DNA from: a bacterium | GTDB taxonomy: Bacteria; Auribacterota; JABMQX01 | DNA length: 64,000 bases | Assembly: GCA_030691545.1 (NCBI GenBank) | Contig: JAUYEE010000291.1 | Location: forward strand, 147 to 64,146 | Reading direction: 5' to 3' | In this document: in pieces, positions 18,725 through 30,011 of the stretch | How the letters are laid out: the number at the start of each line of letters is the position of its first letter | Position numbering within the stretch: the stretch's first letter is position 1 | Position numbers and translations under genes: made by a program | Notes under the pieces: generated by a model | The model's database searches: none | What the model saw: the letters and a program-made list of their open reading frames with translations, nothing else | Told to the model about the DNA's origin: nothing

Positions 18725-20662
18725 TCACCGTGGCTGCGCTCGGGCGCTGAGCCCTTTCTCCACGACCGCCAGGACATCTTCCGTCGAAAAGGGCTTCTGG
18801 ACAATGGCAAAGACATCCAGGTGAGCGTATTCCTCGTGCGATGTGGCAAGACGTCCGGTGAGAATCACATTCAGGGGCCTTTGTTCCATGGGCAGGCGAT
18901 TGACGTGCCCGATAAGCTCCTCCCCGTTCATTCCGGGCATCTGCAAGTCAACGATAGCCATCGCGTAATGGCGATCGGAGAGCGCGGCCAGCGCCGCATG
19001 GGGGTCTGTGAAGCCATCGGCGGCATACCCCTGGCGATCGAGGACCTGCATCAACAGGTCGGTGATGGCTTCCTCGTCGTCAACGATAAGGATGCGCGCG
19101 TCGGTCTTTGCGAGGCCGTCCGCGGGGACCCGCCGGGTGGTTTTCCGTTTTGGCGAGGGGGGGAGATAGACGGTGAGGGTTGTGCCCCTGTCCACCTGGC
19201 TTCGGACCTTGATTTCCCCTCCGTGTCCTTTCACGATGCTATGGCAGACGCTCAAGCCGAGTCCGGTCCCGTGGGCCTTGCCGTCGTAAACGCCGCCGCT
19301 GACGAGGGCTCCTTTTGTGGTGAAAAACGGCTCAAAGATGCGAGGAAGGTTTTCCTTGGGGATGCCGCAGCCGGTGTCGCGGACTCGGATAAAAGGCCGC
19401 TCGTCCTCCTGGCCGGTCTGGATGGTGAGTGTTTTGACGGGGGATCTGAGCATGGCGTGCCGGGCGTTGATGAGGAGGTTCATCACCACCTGGACGAGCA
19501 AACCGGGATCCCCCATGATCGGCCCCACTGTAGTGGAGTGACTGACCGTCACCTCAATCCCCTCGCTGGTGAACTCTTTCTCGGTCAGCCGCAGAACCTC
19601 GTCCACTACCGCCTTCAAGCTCACCGGCTTCTTCTCGCCCACCTCCTTCCGGGAGAAGGCCAGGAGGCTGCGGGTCAGGTCTGCGGCGCGAGCGGCCGAG
19701 CGACGGACGGTCTCGAGATTTCTGCGTGCGCTGGCCGAGAGCTGCTCCGTTTGTAGTGTCAGGTCAACGTACCCGATGACGGAAGCGTTGATGTTGTTGA
19801 ACTCGTGGGCGATGCCTCCGGCCAGGGTACCGATGGCCTGCATCTTCTGCGCCTGGGCAAGTTCCTCCTGAAGGCGGCGCTTTTCCTCCTCCGCTTTTTT
19901 CCGGGCGCTGATGTCGTGCACGAAGGCGCCGAGTCTCTCGGGTTTCCCTTCCTTATCGCGGATGCCCCATCCGGTTAAGGAGATGGGGAAGACTCTACCA
20001 TCCTTGTGTATGTATTCTTTCTCGAAGGTGCCGTGTCCCGTCTCCAGAGCTGTGCGGACTGCGTCTGCCTCGGCTTCGTGCCAATGGCTTGGCGTAATCT
20101 CCCTGCAGTTCTTCTTCTTGAGCTCGTCAAGGGAGTAGCCGAGCATTTCCAGGAAGGCACGGTTGGCGTCAACGATCTGTCCCTCGAGGGTGGTGATCAC
20201 AATCCCGTCAGGGCTGGTGTCGAAGAGCGTTCGGTAGTTCTCCTCGCTGGCGAGAACCGCTTCTTCCGCCCGCTTTCGCTCGACGGCATACCGTATAGCG
20301 CGCACAAGCAACTGGCTATTGACTTGCCCCTTCACAAGGTAATCCTGGGCGCCGTGGCGAACCGCCTGAACGGCGAGGGCTTCGTCTTCCAGGCCGGTAA
20401 GCACCACAATCGGCAGTCTCGGCGCCGCGGCGTTAGCTTGCGTGACCGTCTCCAGTCCATGCGCATCCGGCAGCGACAGGTCCAACAGCACCACCTCAAT
20501 CCCGCCTTCCGTCAGTCGTTGGAGGGCCTCCGCGAGGCTTCCCACGGCTACAAGCCGGAACTCTCCGCCGGTCTCCGCCAGCGCGTCGCGCAACAGGCGG
20601 ACGTCTCCGGGATTGTCTTCTACCAGAAGAATCGTTGTAAGTTTCTCCTGCATGTTTTTCAC
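18725..20662 (-). CDS. Hybrid sensor histidine kinase/response regulator (REC-PAS-HisKA-HATPase_c-REC)
   Basis: The N-terminal REC is ILLVEDNPGDVRLL. The H-box is IAHEFNN. HATPase N/G boxes and a C-terminal REC (ILIVDDEEAITDLL) are present. It overlaps the upstream RR by 4 nt (ATGA). Confidence 0.85.
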   Translation of the reverse strand: MKNMQEKLTTILLVEDNPGDVRLLRDALAETGGEFRLVAVGSLAEALQRLTEGGIEVVLLDLSLPDAHGLETVTQANAAAPRLPIVVLTGLEDEALAVQAVRHGAQDYLVKGQVNSQLLVRAIRYAVERKRAEEAVLASEENYRTLFDTSPDGIVITTLEGQIVDANRAFLEMLGYSLDELKKKNCREITPSHWHEAEADAVRTALETGHGTFEKEYIHKDGRVFPISLTGWGIRDKEGKPERLGAFVHDISARKKAEEEKRRLQEELAQAQKMQAIGTLAGGIAHEFNNINASVIGYVDLTLQTEQLSASARRNLETVRRSAARAADLTRSLLAFSRKEVGEKKPVSLKAVVDEVLRLTEKEFTSEGIEVTVSHSTTVGPIMGDPGLLVQVVMNLLINARHAMLRSPVKTLTIQTGQEDERPFIRVRDTGCGIPKENLPRIFEPFFTTKGALVSGGVYDGKAHGTGLGLSVCHSIVKGHGGEIKVRSQVDRGTTLTVYLPPSPKRKTTRRVPADGLAKTDARILIVDDEEAITDLLMQVLDRQGYAADGFTDPHAALAALSDRHYAMAIVDLQMPGMNGEELIGHVNRLPMEQRPLNVILTGRLATSHEEYAHLDVFAIVQKPFSTEDVLAVVEKGLSARAQPR

Positions 20663-21093
20663 CTCCGCGGAAGCGTAGCAATGGTCAGCCAGAACTCTTG
20701 AACGGCGCGCACCAAATCCATAAAGCGGTCCAAGCTCGCCGGCTTCGTGAGGTAGCAGTTCGCGCTCAGCCCATAAACCTCGAGGATGTCCTCGTCCGCC
20801 TCCGAACTCGTCAACGCCACCACCGGAATCCGCCGGAGTTTCTGGTCCGCCTTGATCTCGGACAGCACCTCCCGCCCATCCTTCCGTGGGAGGTTCAGGT
20901 CGAGGAGAATCAGGTCCGGTCGCGGCGCCTCCGCGTACATCCCTTGCTGACGAAGAAACGCGATGGCTTGCACACCGTCCCCAACGACGCTCAGCGTGTA
21001 GCGCATATTGCCTTGCTCCAGCCCTTCCCGGATCAGACGAACGTCCCCGGGGTTGTCCTCCACCAAGAGAATCCGAAACGATGAGTCAACCAT
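20659..21093 (-). CDS. Single-domain CheY-like response regulator (Rcp1-like)
   Basis: The REC domain has the LLDLNLP phospho-acceptor Asp and a conserved K. It is a tandem paralog of 21106..21546. Confidence 0.85.
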   Translation of the reverse strand: MVDSSFRILLVEDNPGDVRLIREGLEQGNMRYTLSVVGDGVQAIAFLRQQGMYAEAPRPDLILLDLNLPRKDGREVLSEIKADQKLRRIPVVALTSSEADEDILEVYGLSANCYLTKPASLDRFMDLVRAVQEFWLTIATLPRR

Positions 21094-21105
21094 GTCCCCT
21101 CCTCC

Positions 21106-21546
21106 TCAGGGGAGTTTCACCACTGTCAGCCAGAAGTCTTCGACGGCTTTCACGACCTTTAGGAACTGCTGAAGGTCCACAGGCTTGGTCACGTAGCAGT
21201 TCGCGCGGCAGTCGTATGCTTTCAAGACGTCCTCGTCCGCCTCAGAGGTCGTCAGTACCACTACCGGAATGTGCCTCAACTTTTCATCTGCCTTGATCTC
21301 TGCCAGGACCTCCCGACCGTCCTTCTTGGGCAAGTTCAGGTCGAGAAGAACCAGGTCCGGGCGAGGGGCTGCGGCATATTTCGCCTCCCGGCGCAGGAAG
21401 GCCATCGCCTCCATACCATCCGTCACGACGCTCAACGTGTTGCGCACCTTGTTCTCCCGCAGAGCCTCTTGGGTGAGCCGGACGTCCCCCGGACTGTCCT
21501 CCACCAAAAGAATCTCCACCGGTTGACCAAGGGATGAACGCTGCAT
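21106..21546 (-). CDS. Single-domain CheY-like response regulator (Rcp1-like), tandem paralog
   Basis: It is ~70% identical to the neighbouring RR. The start overlaps/abuts the stop of the upstream HK. Confidence 0.85.
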   Translation of the reverse strand: MQRSSLGQPVEILLVEDSPGDVRLTQEALRENKVRNTLSVVTDGMEAMAFLRREAKYAAAPRPDLVLLDLNLPKKDGREVLAEIKADEKLRHIPVVVLTTSEADEDVLKAYDCRANCYVTKPVDLQQFLKVVKAVEDFWLTVVKLP

Positions 21547-21548
21547 TG

Positions 21549-24500
21549 TTACCCCTCTCCTGTGTCGGGAATCGTGAAGTAAAACGTCGAGCCTTCTCCC
21601 GGACGCGACTCGACCCAGATTCTCCCCCCATGTCCTTCCACAATTTTCTTGCAGATGGATAGTCCAATGCCCGTCCCCGCATACTCCGCTCGATTGTGGA
21701 GCCGCTGGAAAATCACGAAGATACGCTCCTTAAACTGGGGGTCTATCCCGATGCCGTTGTCGCACACAGAAAAAAGCCATTCCTCCTCGCGCCGCTCCGC
21801 CGAAATGTGAACGCGGGGAGGCTCCTTGCTGTGGTACTTGATGGCGTTGCCGAGGAGGTTCTGGAAGAGCTGACCCAGTTGTATCTCGTCGCCCGTCACC
21901 GTCGGCAAAAAGTCATGCGTGATCTCAGCCGCGCTTTCCTCAATCGCCATATTCAGGTTGGCAAGAACCCGCTTCAACACTGCCTCGGAATCCGTGGGCT
22001 GGAAGGGGTTGCCGCGAGTGCCGACGCGGGAGTAGGCGAGCAAATCTCTGATGAGGTTCTGCATTCGGGTGGCGCCGTCCACAATGTAGCCGATGAACTG
22101 GTCGGCGTCGGAGTCAAGCCCGCCCTTGTATCGTTTTTCGAGTAGCTGCGTGTAGCTCGCCACCATTCGCAATGGCTCCTGGAGGTCATGCGAGGCGACG
22201 TAGGCGAACTGCTCCAACTCGGCCGCGGTTTTTTTTAGTTGCTCCTCCCCTCGCTTCTGGTCGGTGATGTCCCAGAAAATGCCTAATACTCCGGTGACGT
22301 TACCGGCTTGGTCTTTAACGGGTGTTTTGACTGTCTGGACGGTCAGTTCCCGTCCTTGCTCGATGTATCTTTCTTCTATGCGCTCGGTCCGCCCCGACTG
22401 GATAATGCGCCTATCGTCGGCTGCGTATTTGTCGGCCAGCGCCGTGGGATGGAAGTCGTAGTCTGTCTTTCCGGCGATCTCATCAGGCGGTATTCCGAGG
22501 GCGTCAGCATAGCTCCGGTTGCACGACACGTAAACGCAATCTGTGTTCTTGAGGAATACTCTCTGCGGAAGGTTCTCAAGGAGCGTTCTGTATTTGGCCT
22601 CGCTGGCGCGGAGGGCTTCCTCCGCCTGCTTGCGCTCGGTGATGTCCCGGCACACGCAGAACACCAGTTTCTGCCCGCCGCACACGGCTCCGTTGGTGCT
22701 TATCTCGACGTCGAGGAAGGTCCCGTCCTTGCGGCGGTGGCGCGTTTCAAAATGGTCACCTGCAGCGTCAACCTGCCTGAGCATCTCAAGCAATTGCTCG
22801 CGCGTCCATTGGGCATCCCAATCCCACACGTGGAGTTGCAGGGCTTCCTCGGGAGTGTACCCAAGCATCTCGGCATAGCGCTTGTTCGCTTCGTAAACCT
22901 TGCCGTCCTCGGTGAGGACGACAATCCCGTCCCCGGACTGCTCAACCAAGATGTACCGCCGAATCGCTTCATCCGCCAGCATTTCCTCCGCTCGCTTGCG
23001 ATCTGTGATATCGCGGGAGACGCCGAAGGTTCCGATGATTCTGGCGTCTTTGTCGCGAAGAGGCATCTTGGTCGTGGAAACCCAGGTCACACGGCCATCC
23101 GGCCACGTTTCCTTTTCCTCCTTGGCGACCAAAGCCTTCCCGGATTTCATCACTTCTTGTTCGTCCTCGAATGCCGGGCGGGCATGCTCCTCTGTGAAGA
23201 AGTCAAAATCGGTCTTTCCCAGCGCCTGGGAGGGATCCGTGAGCCCGAAGCGCTCGGTCAAGGCCCTGCTGATTCGCGTAAAACGGCTGCCGGTATCCTT
23301 GAAGTAAATGCAGTCAGGGAGCTTATCCATCAGGGTCTGGAGCAGGTACCTCTCTTCAACAAGGGCATCCTCCATGCGCTTCCGCTCCGTGACGTCCCAG
23401 AACATCCCCTGCGTTCCTGTAACCTCTCCCTCGGAGTTGTGTACTGGCGTCTTGAAGACTTGAACATGTATTCTCTCGCCATCCGGTTGTTCGTGTTGCT
23501 CGACGTCTTCAAAGAGCTCCCCTGTTTGTATGACTCTGCTATCGTCGTGCCTGTACTTCTCAGCCAACTCTCCTGGGAAAAAATCGAAATCTGTCCCACC
23601 AATAATCTCATCAAGCGATCTTCCAAGCGTCTCGCAGAACAGTCTGTTTCCGAAGGTAAACTTTCCCTCCAAATCTTTCCGAAAGACATTGAGCGGCAGG
23701 CTCTCAACGAGGGAATGGTAAAGAGCTTCCGAATCCCTCAGCGCCCGCTCCGCCCGTCTCGCCTCCGTAACGTCAACGGAGAAACCTATCACCCCAACGA
23801 TGTTCCCCTTCTCATCCCTGTACGGGATCTTGTCCGTCCGGAGCCACAGGGTCTCCCGGGGCGTCTCGAGGGGCTCAAGTATGTTTCTCTTGGGGCGCTC
23901 CGTCGCCATCACCGCTTTATCGTCCTCCCAGTAATCATCCGCCTGGTTCGGATGGAGGTCGAAGCAACTCTTCCCCTCCATGTCTTCCTTGTCCACCTCG
24001 AACGCATCGGCGAGGGCTTTGTTGACGCGAACGAGGCGATTCTCCCTGTCTTTGTAAAAAATCATCGCGGGCACGGAATCCAGTATGATCTCAAACTGCT
24101 GCCGCATCATCTCCAGCTCTCTCTCCGCCCGCTTCTGCTCGGTGATATCCCGGCTCAAACCGACCAAGCCGACAACCGCCCCGCTGCTGTCTCGCAGGGG
24201 CGCCTTGCTCGTCAGAAACCACTTCTCCCTACTGTCCTGATCCACCACCGGCTCTTCCCTATCAACCAGAGGCTCTCCGGACGATATTACGTTCTGCTCG
24301 TCGGCATAGTACTGCTCCGCGAGTTCCGGAGGGAACAGATCGAAGTCCGTCTTGCCGATGACCTGGTCCAAACTCTTGGCGCCCAGAGTCTTGAGGTGAG
24401 CGGCGTTGGTGGTCACGAAGCGGCTCTTGCTATCCTTCACAAAGATATGGCAGTCTGGCACGTTGTCCATGACCGCGCGCAACAAGTTACGCTCTTCCGC

Positions 24501-25979
24501 CAGCGCCTCCTCTGCCCGCTTCTGCTCCGTGATGTCGGTGAAGCACAACAAAATCTTTGACCATGTTGCCTCGTGGCCAGGGACTGCAGAGCACTTGAAT
24601 GACAGGTCTCTCCTCTCGCCCGTGAGGAGTCGAACAACGGTTTCGCCCTCAAGCACAGTCCCACCTTCAGCGAGGCCGACAACCGCCTCTTGCAGCGCAG
24701 CATACGACTCCTCAGTGAAAAGCGCCCCGAACTGCTCCCCAAGCTCTTGTTTCGTGTGCGTTCCGTGCGACTCGCGTCCCACCTTGTTTATGTCGAGGAC
24801 CTTCAGCATTGCTGGAAAGCTGCCAACAGCCTCAGGGTGATCTTGCAGGTACGCTCTCAGGTCTGCGACCCCCGCATCTCGTAAAGCATCAATCCGTTTC
24901 TTAAGCTCTGAGCCATCAACCTCCCACAGGGAAACGGGGGAGTGCTCGAAGAGGTCGCGGTATCGCCCCTCGCTCTCTCGCAGTGCTTCCTCCGCCCGCC
25001 TCCGCTCCGCGATCTGCTGCCGAAGCTCCTCATTGGTCCTGCTCAGCTTAGCCGTGCGCTCCTCCACCTGCTGCTCGAGGCGCTCCTGAAGCTTCTTGAG
25101 ATCCTCTTCCGCCCGCTTGCGCCGCGTCACATCCCAGAAAATTCCCTGGACCCCAATCACCTCTCCCTTAGCGTTGCACGCTGGCGTCTTGAGCACTTGT
25201 ACGTAGATTCTTTCCCCGTCCGGCTTCTGGTGCTCCTCGATATCCTCGAAGGTCCCTTCGGTCTCAATCACCCTCCTGTCATCCCCCCTGTATTTTTCCG
25301 CCAGCTCTCTCGGGAAAAAGTCAAGATCGTTCTTGCCGAGGATCTCCTCGAGCGGCCTCCCCATGGTCTCGCAGTACCGCTTGTTTCCGAAAGTGACCCT
25401 TCCGTCCAAATCCTTTCGAAAGACGTTCAAAGGCAGGCTGTCCACGAGAGAGTGATAAAGGGCCTCAGAATCCCGCAACGCCTCCTCCGCTCGCTTGCGA
25501 TCGGTGATGTCCCTCGTAATGCCCACAAGCCCGACGACTCGCCCTTTCGCATCAGTCAAGGGTATCTTGTGTTCTGATACCCAGGCCATATCGTGCGTCC
25601 CGCCCTCGGGAACTTGCCATTCTCTGGCAAGCACCGGTTGCCCGGATTCCATAATTGTTCGCTCCTCCTCATAGAACCTTCGGGCATCATCCTCGGGGAA
25701 AAAATCAAAATCGGTTTTGCCGACCACGTCCTCTGGACCACTGACTCTCAGGAACCACGCAAGCGCCTTGTTCGCCTTGAGGAACCGCGATTCCCTGTCT
25801 TTGAGAAAGATATAATCCGGAGAGTTTCCCATGATCGTGCGCAGGACATCACGCTCATCAACCTCAACCTGCGCCGCCTGGCCGGGACCTGCTTCTCCCG
25901 CTTCCAACTCTGCGATTCGGCGGCGAAGCACTGTTAGCTCCTCGATCAGTTGGGGTTTTGTCTTAGCCACATCTTTCAT
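21549..25979 (-). CDS. Multi-PAS sensor histidine kinase (about 9 tandem PAS/PAC modules + HisKA + HATPase_c)
   Basis: An N-terminal coiled coil is followed by repeated PAS modules, each ending ...[12 protein letters not shown]. The H-box is [10 protein letters not shown]. The HATPase ending is [32 protein letters not shown]. Confidence 0.85.
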   Translation of the reverse strand: MKDVAKTKPQLIEELTVLRRRIAELEAGEAGPGQAAQVEVDERDVLRTIMGNSPDYIFLKDRESRFLKANKALAWFLRVSGPEDVVGKTDFDFFPEDDARRFYEEERTIMESGQPVLAREWQVPEGGTHDMAWVSEHKIPLTDAKGRVVGLVGITRDITDRKRAEEALRDSEALYHSLVDSLPLNVFRKDLDGRVTFGNKRYCETMGRPLEEILGKNDLDFFPRELAEKYRGDDRRVIETEGTFEDIEEHQKPDGERIYVQVLKTPACNAKGEVIGVQGIFWDVTRRKRAEEDLKKLQERLEQQVEERTAKLSRTNEELRQQIAERRRAEEALRESEGRYRDLFEHSPVSLWEVDGSELKKRIDALRDAGVADLRAYLQDHPEAVGSFPAMLKVLDINKVGRESHGTHTKQELGEQFGALFTEESYAALQEAVVGLAEGGTVLEGETVVRLLTGERRDLSFKCSAVPGHEATWSKILLCFTDITEQKRAEEALAEERNLLRAVMDNVPDCHIFVKDSKSRFVTTNAAHLKTLGAKSLDQVIGKTDFDLFPPELAEQYYADEQNVISSGEPLVDREEPVVDQDSREKWFLTSKAPLRDSSGAVVGLVGLSRDITEQKRAERELEMMRQQFEIILDSVPAMIFYKDRENRLVRVNKALADAFEVDKEDMEGKSCFDLHPNQADDYWEDDKAVMATERPKRNILEPLETPRETLWLRTDKIPYRDEKGNIVGVIGFSVDVTEARRAERALRDSEALYHSLVESLPLNVFRKDLEGKFTFGNRLFCETLGRSLDEIIGGTDFDFFPGELAEKYRHDDSRVIQTGELFEDVEQHEQPDGERIHVQVFKTPVHNSEGEVTGTQGMFWDVTERKRMEDALVEERYLLQTLMDKLPDCIYFKDTGSRFTRISRALTERFGLTDPSQALGKTDFDFFTEEHARPAFEDEQEVMKSGKALVAKEEKETWPDGRVTWVSTTKMPLRDKDARIIGTFGVSRDITDRKRAEEMLADEAIRRYILVEQSGDGIVVLTEDGKVYEANKRYAEMLGYTPEEALQLHVWDWDAQWTREQLLEMLRQVDAAGDHFETRHRRKDGTFLDVEISTNGAVCGGQKLVFCVCRDITERKQAEEALRASEAKYRTLLENLPQRVFLKNTDCVYVSCNRSYADALGIPPDEIAGKTDYDFHPTALADKYAADDRRIIQSGRTERIEERYIEQGRELTVQTVKTPVKDQAGNVTGVLGIFWDITDQKRGEEQLKKTAAELEQFAYVASHDLQEPLRMVASYTQLLEKRYKGGLDSDADQFIGYIVDGATRMQNLIRDLLAYSRVGTRGNPFQPTDSEAVLKRVLANLNMAIEESAAEITHDFLPTVTGDEIQLGQLFQNLLGNAIKYHSKEPPRVHISAERREEEWLFSVCDNGIGIDPQFKERIFVIFQRLHNRAEYAGTGIGLSICKKIVEGHGGRIWVESRPGEGSTFYFTIPDTGEG

Positions 25980-26612
25980 CGTCGCCTGCCTTTCCGGGGC
26001 TGGGATCGCTGATTCGGAGCGCGCCCGGGCAATGGCACGCCTCGGTCTGAGTGATGTTCTGTCAGGTCGTTAGAAGACAAAAAAACTCCATGGCCCCCCT
26101 CTGGGGCGCATGGAGTTGTCCTCCGGTCGAAAACCGGGATACCGGGCAGACTACCTCACGGCCATCCCCCCCGGCATGTCCGTCAGCTAATCGCACAGAA
26201 CTTCATTTCCTAGATTGTCTGGAAGCATGTTACAGAACGCGCACGGTGTAGTCAAGAACTTTGTCAGGAAAAGATTCGACTCACTCATCCGCCGGGCCAA
26301 AAGAGATTTCCACACTGCACTTGAATGGAACGAGAGACACCGGACGCCCGCAGACGAATCCGCTTGGTCGCGGCCCGGCGACCGATGCGCGGAGGGGCGC
26401 CGGCCGCCTCGGTGATCCGTGCGTCTCCTTCTGCCGTGCGCAACGATAGGCGGCGCAAGGGGAAATACCGCTTGACTTGGCTGGAGTGATCTGGTAAAAA
26501 TTATCTCACGATTGACAAGAAGGCGCGCCGGGTCCTCCGAGGAACAATTCCGCGGAGAACCGCCATCCGGAGGCGCCTTCGACGCGAGGCTCCTGTAAGA
26601 CTGACGAGGAGT

Positions 26613-26870
26613 GTGATGCAAATCAAGATCGAAGTGCGCGGCGAACTTGGCGGAGAGTATCAAGCGTATTGTCCGGAAGCGGGTGTGTCGTGCAGGGGAC
26701 GGTCCCTGGAAGACGCGCTGGAGCGGATCAAGGAACTCCTGTCGCTGTACTTCTCCGCCGTCGAGGACGCGGAGATGGCGCCTGAGGAACAAGCAGAACT
26801 GACCAGGGAGCTTCGCTTGCACCTGCGGGGAAAGAATCTCTTCATCCCCCCGGACCCGAAGGTGCACTAA
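26613..26870 (+). CDS. HicB-like (UPF0150) antitoxin-family small protein, apparently orphan
   Basis: MMQIKIEVRGELGGEYQAYCPEAGVSCRGRSLEDALERIKELLSLYF has the HicB/UPF0150 pattern (YxAxxPxLPGCxxxGxTxEEA). A GAGGAG RBS is present. No HicA-like ORF is adjacent. Confidence 0.45.
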   Translation: MMQIKIEVRGELGGEYQAYCPEAGVSCRGRSLEDALERIKELLSLYFSAVEDAEMAPEEQAELTRELRLHLRGKNLFIPPDPKVH

Positions 26871-26911
26871 CTCCCCTTCAGGAGGGGCAGCGCGAGTTTT
26901 GTTGTCCATAT

Positions 26912-26984
26912 TCCCCGGTAGCTCAGTTGGTAGAGCGGGTGGCTGTTAACCACCATGTCGCTGGTTCGAGTCCGGCCCGGGGAG
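26912..26984 (+). tRNA. tRNA-Asn (anticodon GTT), no encoded CCA
   Basis: The cloverleaf was folded by hand. Acceptor is TCCCCGG/CCGGGGA. D-arm is GCTC-AGTTGGTA-GAGC. Anticodon stem is GGTGG/CCACC with loop CTGTTAA. The T-arm is GCTGG-TTCGAGT-CCGGC. Discriminator is G. Confidence 0.85.
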
Positions 26985-27259
26985 TTTTCTTTGCGCTGAG
27001 CCAGGGGTCGCCCGAAGGGAGTTGTTAGTTGACAAAGTCCCGCCAACGGCGCGAGTAAGCATCCTGCGAGCCTCGGAGTTCCAGCCCGGCCTGGGGAGAG
27101 ATTGAGACCTCGCATGGTCTAAGAGATTTTTGTTGCGGGATGAACTCGGCCTGGGCATAATTGTGCCAAACCTCTGGGCACTGGCTCCGCAACCGGTCGG
27201 GGCCAGTGTCGTGTAAAGGGAAAACCTATAGTCCACCAACCAACCCGCGGTGAGGGGCC

Positions 27260-28924
27260 ATGACAATGGGAGATGTTTCTCGCGACATAATTACCGAATT
27301 GGAGGCCGATGTTGTCAGGAACGTCGGGACTCTGCCGACACGCCCGAACGTCATCCAACTGGAACCGGACGCAATCCGCACCGAAGCTGAGAAGTATGGC
27401 ACGCGGACGAAGTTCGGGAACTACAACTTCATCTCGAGCGTGAAGAACAGGAGTGCCGGTGCCACGGTGTACCTGGGAGGGAAGGAGGTCGAGCAAAAAA
27501 AGCTAAGCGACCAGCAGAAACACATCATCCGCAACCTGCCCACAACGCTCGGAAAGCTCCACGAGTATCTGAAACAGACGCCGCTGATACGCCTGAAGAG
27601 GTTCATGGGACAGAACCGGCATTTTGTCCCCCAATGCAAGTTGTACGTGTCGTTGCAGCGCCCGGAGTCGGTTCGCCTCACTTATTACTTCTCGATATCT
27701 CTCTTCGAGAAGGCCCTGGGGGCGGGTCCGGACCTCTCTTTGGTTTACGTACCGGAGTGGTTGGAGACAAGCCGGCAAATCCTGGTATTTCCCCGCGCTG
27801 GCGTCACGTACGTGTTAGGAACGGACTACTACGGTGAGGTGAAGAAGGGTTTCCTGCGCATGGCGATGTGGCAGGCAAAACAGCAGAACAAGCTGGGTCT
27901 GCACGCGGGAAGCAAGATGCTCGTCGCCAAGGACAAACACGGCAAGGTTCGGCGGTATGGGATGATCCTGTTCGGGCTGACTGCAACCGGAAAGACCACT
28001 CATTCATGTCACAACCACGGCTTGACCGGGAAGGGGGAGTCGGCGAAGGTTCTCCAGGACGACGTTGTTTTCCTGTGCAAAGACGGAACGGCGTACGGAA
28101 CGGAGCGAGGCTTTTATGTCAAAACCGAAGGACTTAACCCGGAGTCGCAACCCGTTCTTTACCAGGGTTGCACGAGCCCCAACACGCTCTGGGAAAACGT
28201 CATGGTGGATTACGAAGGGGAAGTGCATTTCGATGACGATTGCATGACCGGCAACGCCAGAGCGGTCGTGCGAAGAGAGGACTTAGGGAAAAAATGGATT
28301 GCCCGCGGAATAGACCTGCCTTCGGTGAATGACCTTGACGGGCTCATCGTTGCTTTCATCACCCGCCATAATACCGTTGTGCCGATCGCCTCAAAGCTCA
28401 CGCCGGAGGAGGCGGTAGGTGCTTTCATGCTCGGCGAGTCAGTCGAGAGCACTGGGGGCGATCCGAGGAAAGCGGGTCAGTCCGTGCGGGTCGTGGGAAC
28501 CAACCCGTTCATCATCGGCGATGAGGCACAGGAGGGAAACTGGTTCTACGATTTCGTGAAATCCAACGAAAAGAAAGTTCAATGCTACCTCCTCAATACG
28601 GGAGGTATTGGCGAGATCCGTGAGCAGGGAGAGGACGGGATTCCTCTTATCAAGCAGGGAGTCACCCGCGTCCAGATTCCCGAGATGGCGGCCATCATTC
28701 GGGGCATCATCAAAGGGACTATCGAGTGGGGCGACAACGCCTTGTGGAAGGTCGAGGTGCCCAAGAAGGTCGAGGGAATGGATATCAGCCGATTTGAGCT
28801 CCACCGATTCTACCTCCCAGGGACAATCGAAAGGTACTCAACGCGGTTGAAGCAGGAGAGGATCGAATATCTGGAGCAGTTTCCGGAACTCGACCCTTCG
28901 GTTATCAAGGCATACAAGTTCTGA
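27260..28924 (+). CDS. pckA: Phosphoenolpyruvate carboxykinase (ATP), divergent
   Basis: The kinase-1a P-loop is FGLTATGKTTHS. It is followed by the DDVVFLCKDGTAYGTERGFYVKT block, which aligns to PckA [24 protein letters not shown], and ENVMVDYEG. The size is ~550 aa. Confidence 0.7.
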   Translation: MTMGDVSRDIITELEADVVRNVGTLPTRPNVIQLEPDAIRTEAEKYGTRTKFGNYNFISSVKNRSAGATVYLGGKEVEQKKLSDQQKHIIRNLPTTLGKLHEYLKQTPLIRLKRFMGQNRHFVPQCKLYVSLQRPESVRLTYYFSISLFEKALGAGPDLSLVYVPEWLETSRQILVFPRAGVTYVLGTDYYGEVKKGFLRMAMWQAKQQNKLGLHAGSKMLVAKDKHGKVRRYGMILFGLTATGKTTHSCHNHGLTGKGESAKVLQDDVVFLCKDGTAYGTERGFYVKTEGLNPESQPVLYQGCTSPNTLWENVMVDYEGEVHFDDDCMTGNARAVVRREDLGKKWIARGIDLPSVNDLDGLIVAFITRHNTVVPIASKLTPEEAVGAFMLGESVESTGGDPRKAGQSVRVVGTNPFIIGDEAQEGNWFYDFVKSNEKKVQCYLLNTGGIGEIREQGEDGIPLIKQGVTRVQIPEMAAIIRGIIKGTIEWGDNALWKVEVPKKVEGMDISRFELHRFYLPGTIERYSTRLKQERIEYLEQFPELDPSVIKAYKF

Positions 28925-29129
28925 GTCCTCCGGTCAGGCGACCGCCGGCGGTGTCCGCAGCGCGGTGACACAGCGAGTCCTTTGGAAACAACGCAACGGC
29001 CTTTGAGGCGCGAACCGGTGAGTCCGGGGCAGGTGTGCCCTCTTCGATGCGCGAAAACGTCCCACGGACGGCGTTCTCTCCCGGCGGCTGCGTTCCACCA
29101 AAGATTTCCTGTCCGTGTGAAGTAGAAAC

Positions 29130-29606
29130 GTGATGTCTTCAGTCGCTACGCGGGGAAAGGGCATGAAATCACATAAGACAAAGCTTGACGTCGCGACTCA
29201 GAAGGCTGATGTGGAGTCCAATGAAAGGGACAGCATCCAGCGCTCCATCGGGAGAATTGGCGCCAAGCCCCGCCTGAAAGGAAAGATCCTCAACGCCGTT
29301 TTTGTCCTGGGAGTCGTCGGAGCCTTCACGATGTCTCTCGTGACGCGCGGCACTTCCCGCATGGTTTTCATTGATGTGGGGCTATTGCTTTTGTCCCTGA
29401 AGCTTGCCTATCACCTTCATACCGAAGCGAAGGTGAACCACGCCCAATTCTGGATACTCGCCACTCTCGAAGACAGATTGCTGGACGTGATAACGGAACT
29501 CCGTTCGCTCCGCAAGGAGTTGCTCCATCTTTCCGCCATGACACAGCAAGATTCCCCCTCGCCGGATTCCTCCGAGACCCCCACAGAACCCGCCGAAGAG
29601 AAGTGA
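29130..29606 (+). CDS. Hypothetical small membrane protein
   Basis: TM segments are LNAVFVLGVVGAFTMSLV and VGLLLLSLKLAYHLH. The likely start is ATG 29163 (GGAAAGGGCATG). Confidence 0.35.
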   Translation: MMSSVATRGKGMKSHKTKLDVATQKADVESNERDSIQRSIGRIGAKPRLKGKILNAVFVLGVVGAFTMSLVTRGTSRMVFIDVGLLLLSLKLAYHLHTEAKVNHAQFWILATLEDRLLDVITELRSLRKELLHLSAMTQQDSPSPDSSETPTEPAEEK

Positions 29607-30011
29607 AGGCGCCTGTCACACGGCCCCTCGCGGTTCGCTGCAGCATCGAATAAGGATGGTACATTCCAGCGGCACACCGTTCGGTCCGAGGCGCGGGAAC
29701 ACTCTGAGAACGCGTAGAAGAATCCTTGTCCGCGAGCGGGCCTTCTGGTAGCTTATGCGAAATGTGCGACCGTGTGGGCAAGGTATCCGCCTCCGGGCCA
29801 TGTCGCAGATGCGGATAACGAGCTCAAGGTAACCTGGAGGCTCACATGTTTCTCGGGTTTTCCACAGCGGGCTCCAAATTTGCGACAATGGTCTCACGAA
29901 TTCAGGCTCTTGGCGGGTGGAGTTCTTGTCCCGAGCGACCGCGGCGCGCAGAAAGAAATCCCTTTACCCAGAGTGGAGTTCTGACGGGTATCCAGCAGAG
30001 GAGACGACGCT

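Noticed and set aside
18527-19756. 409-aa plus-strand ORF
   Set aside because: It is antisense to the hybrid histidine kinase, whose REC/HisKA/HATPase motifs are all on the minus strand.
22308-24560. 750-aa plus-strand ORF (and several 100-200-aa plus ORFs between 21.7 and 25.9 kb)
   Set aside because: They are antisense shadows of the 1476-aa multi-PAS kinase.
26215-26415. 66-aa ORF upstream of the HicB-like gene as a possible HicA toxin
   Set aside because: The sequence lacks the HicA dsRBD-like motif (GSHxxxxHP). It looks like a chance ORF in a GC-rich spacer.
29880-30011. Possible yybP-ykoY Mn2+ riboswitch upstream of the NRAMP (mntH-like) gene
   Set aside because: I could not find the conserved GGAGAGUAG or CAUA...AGAC core elements by eye. 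This needs Infernal/Rfam to decide.
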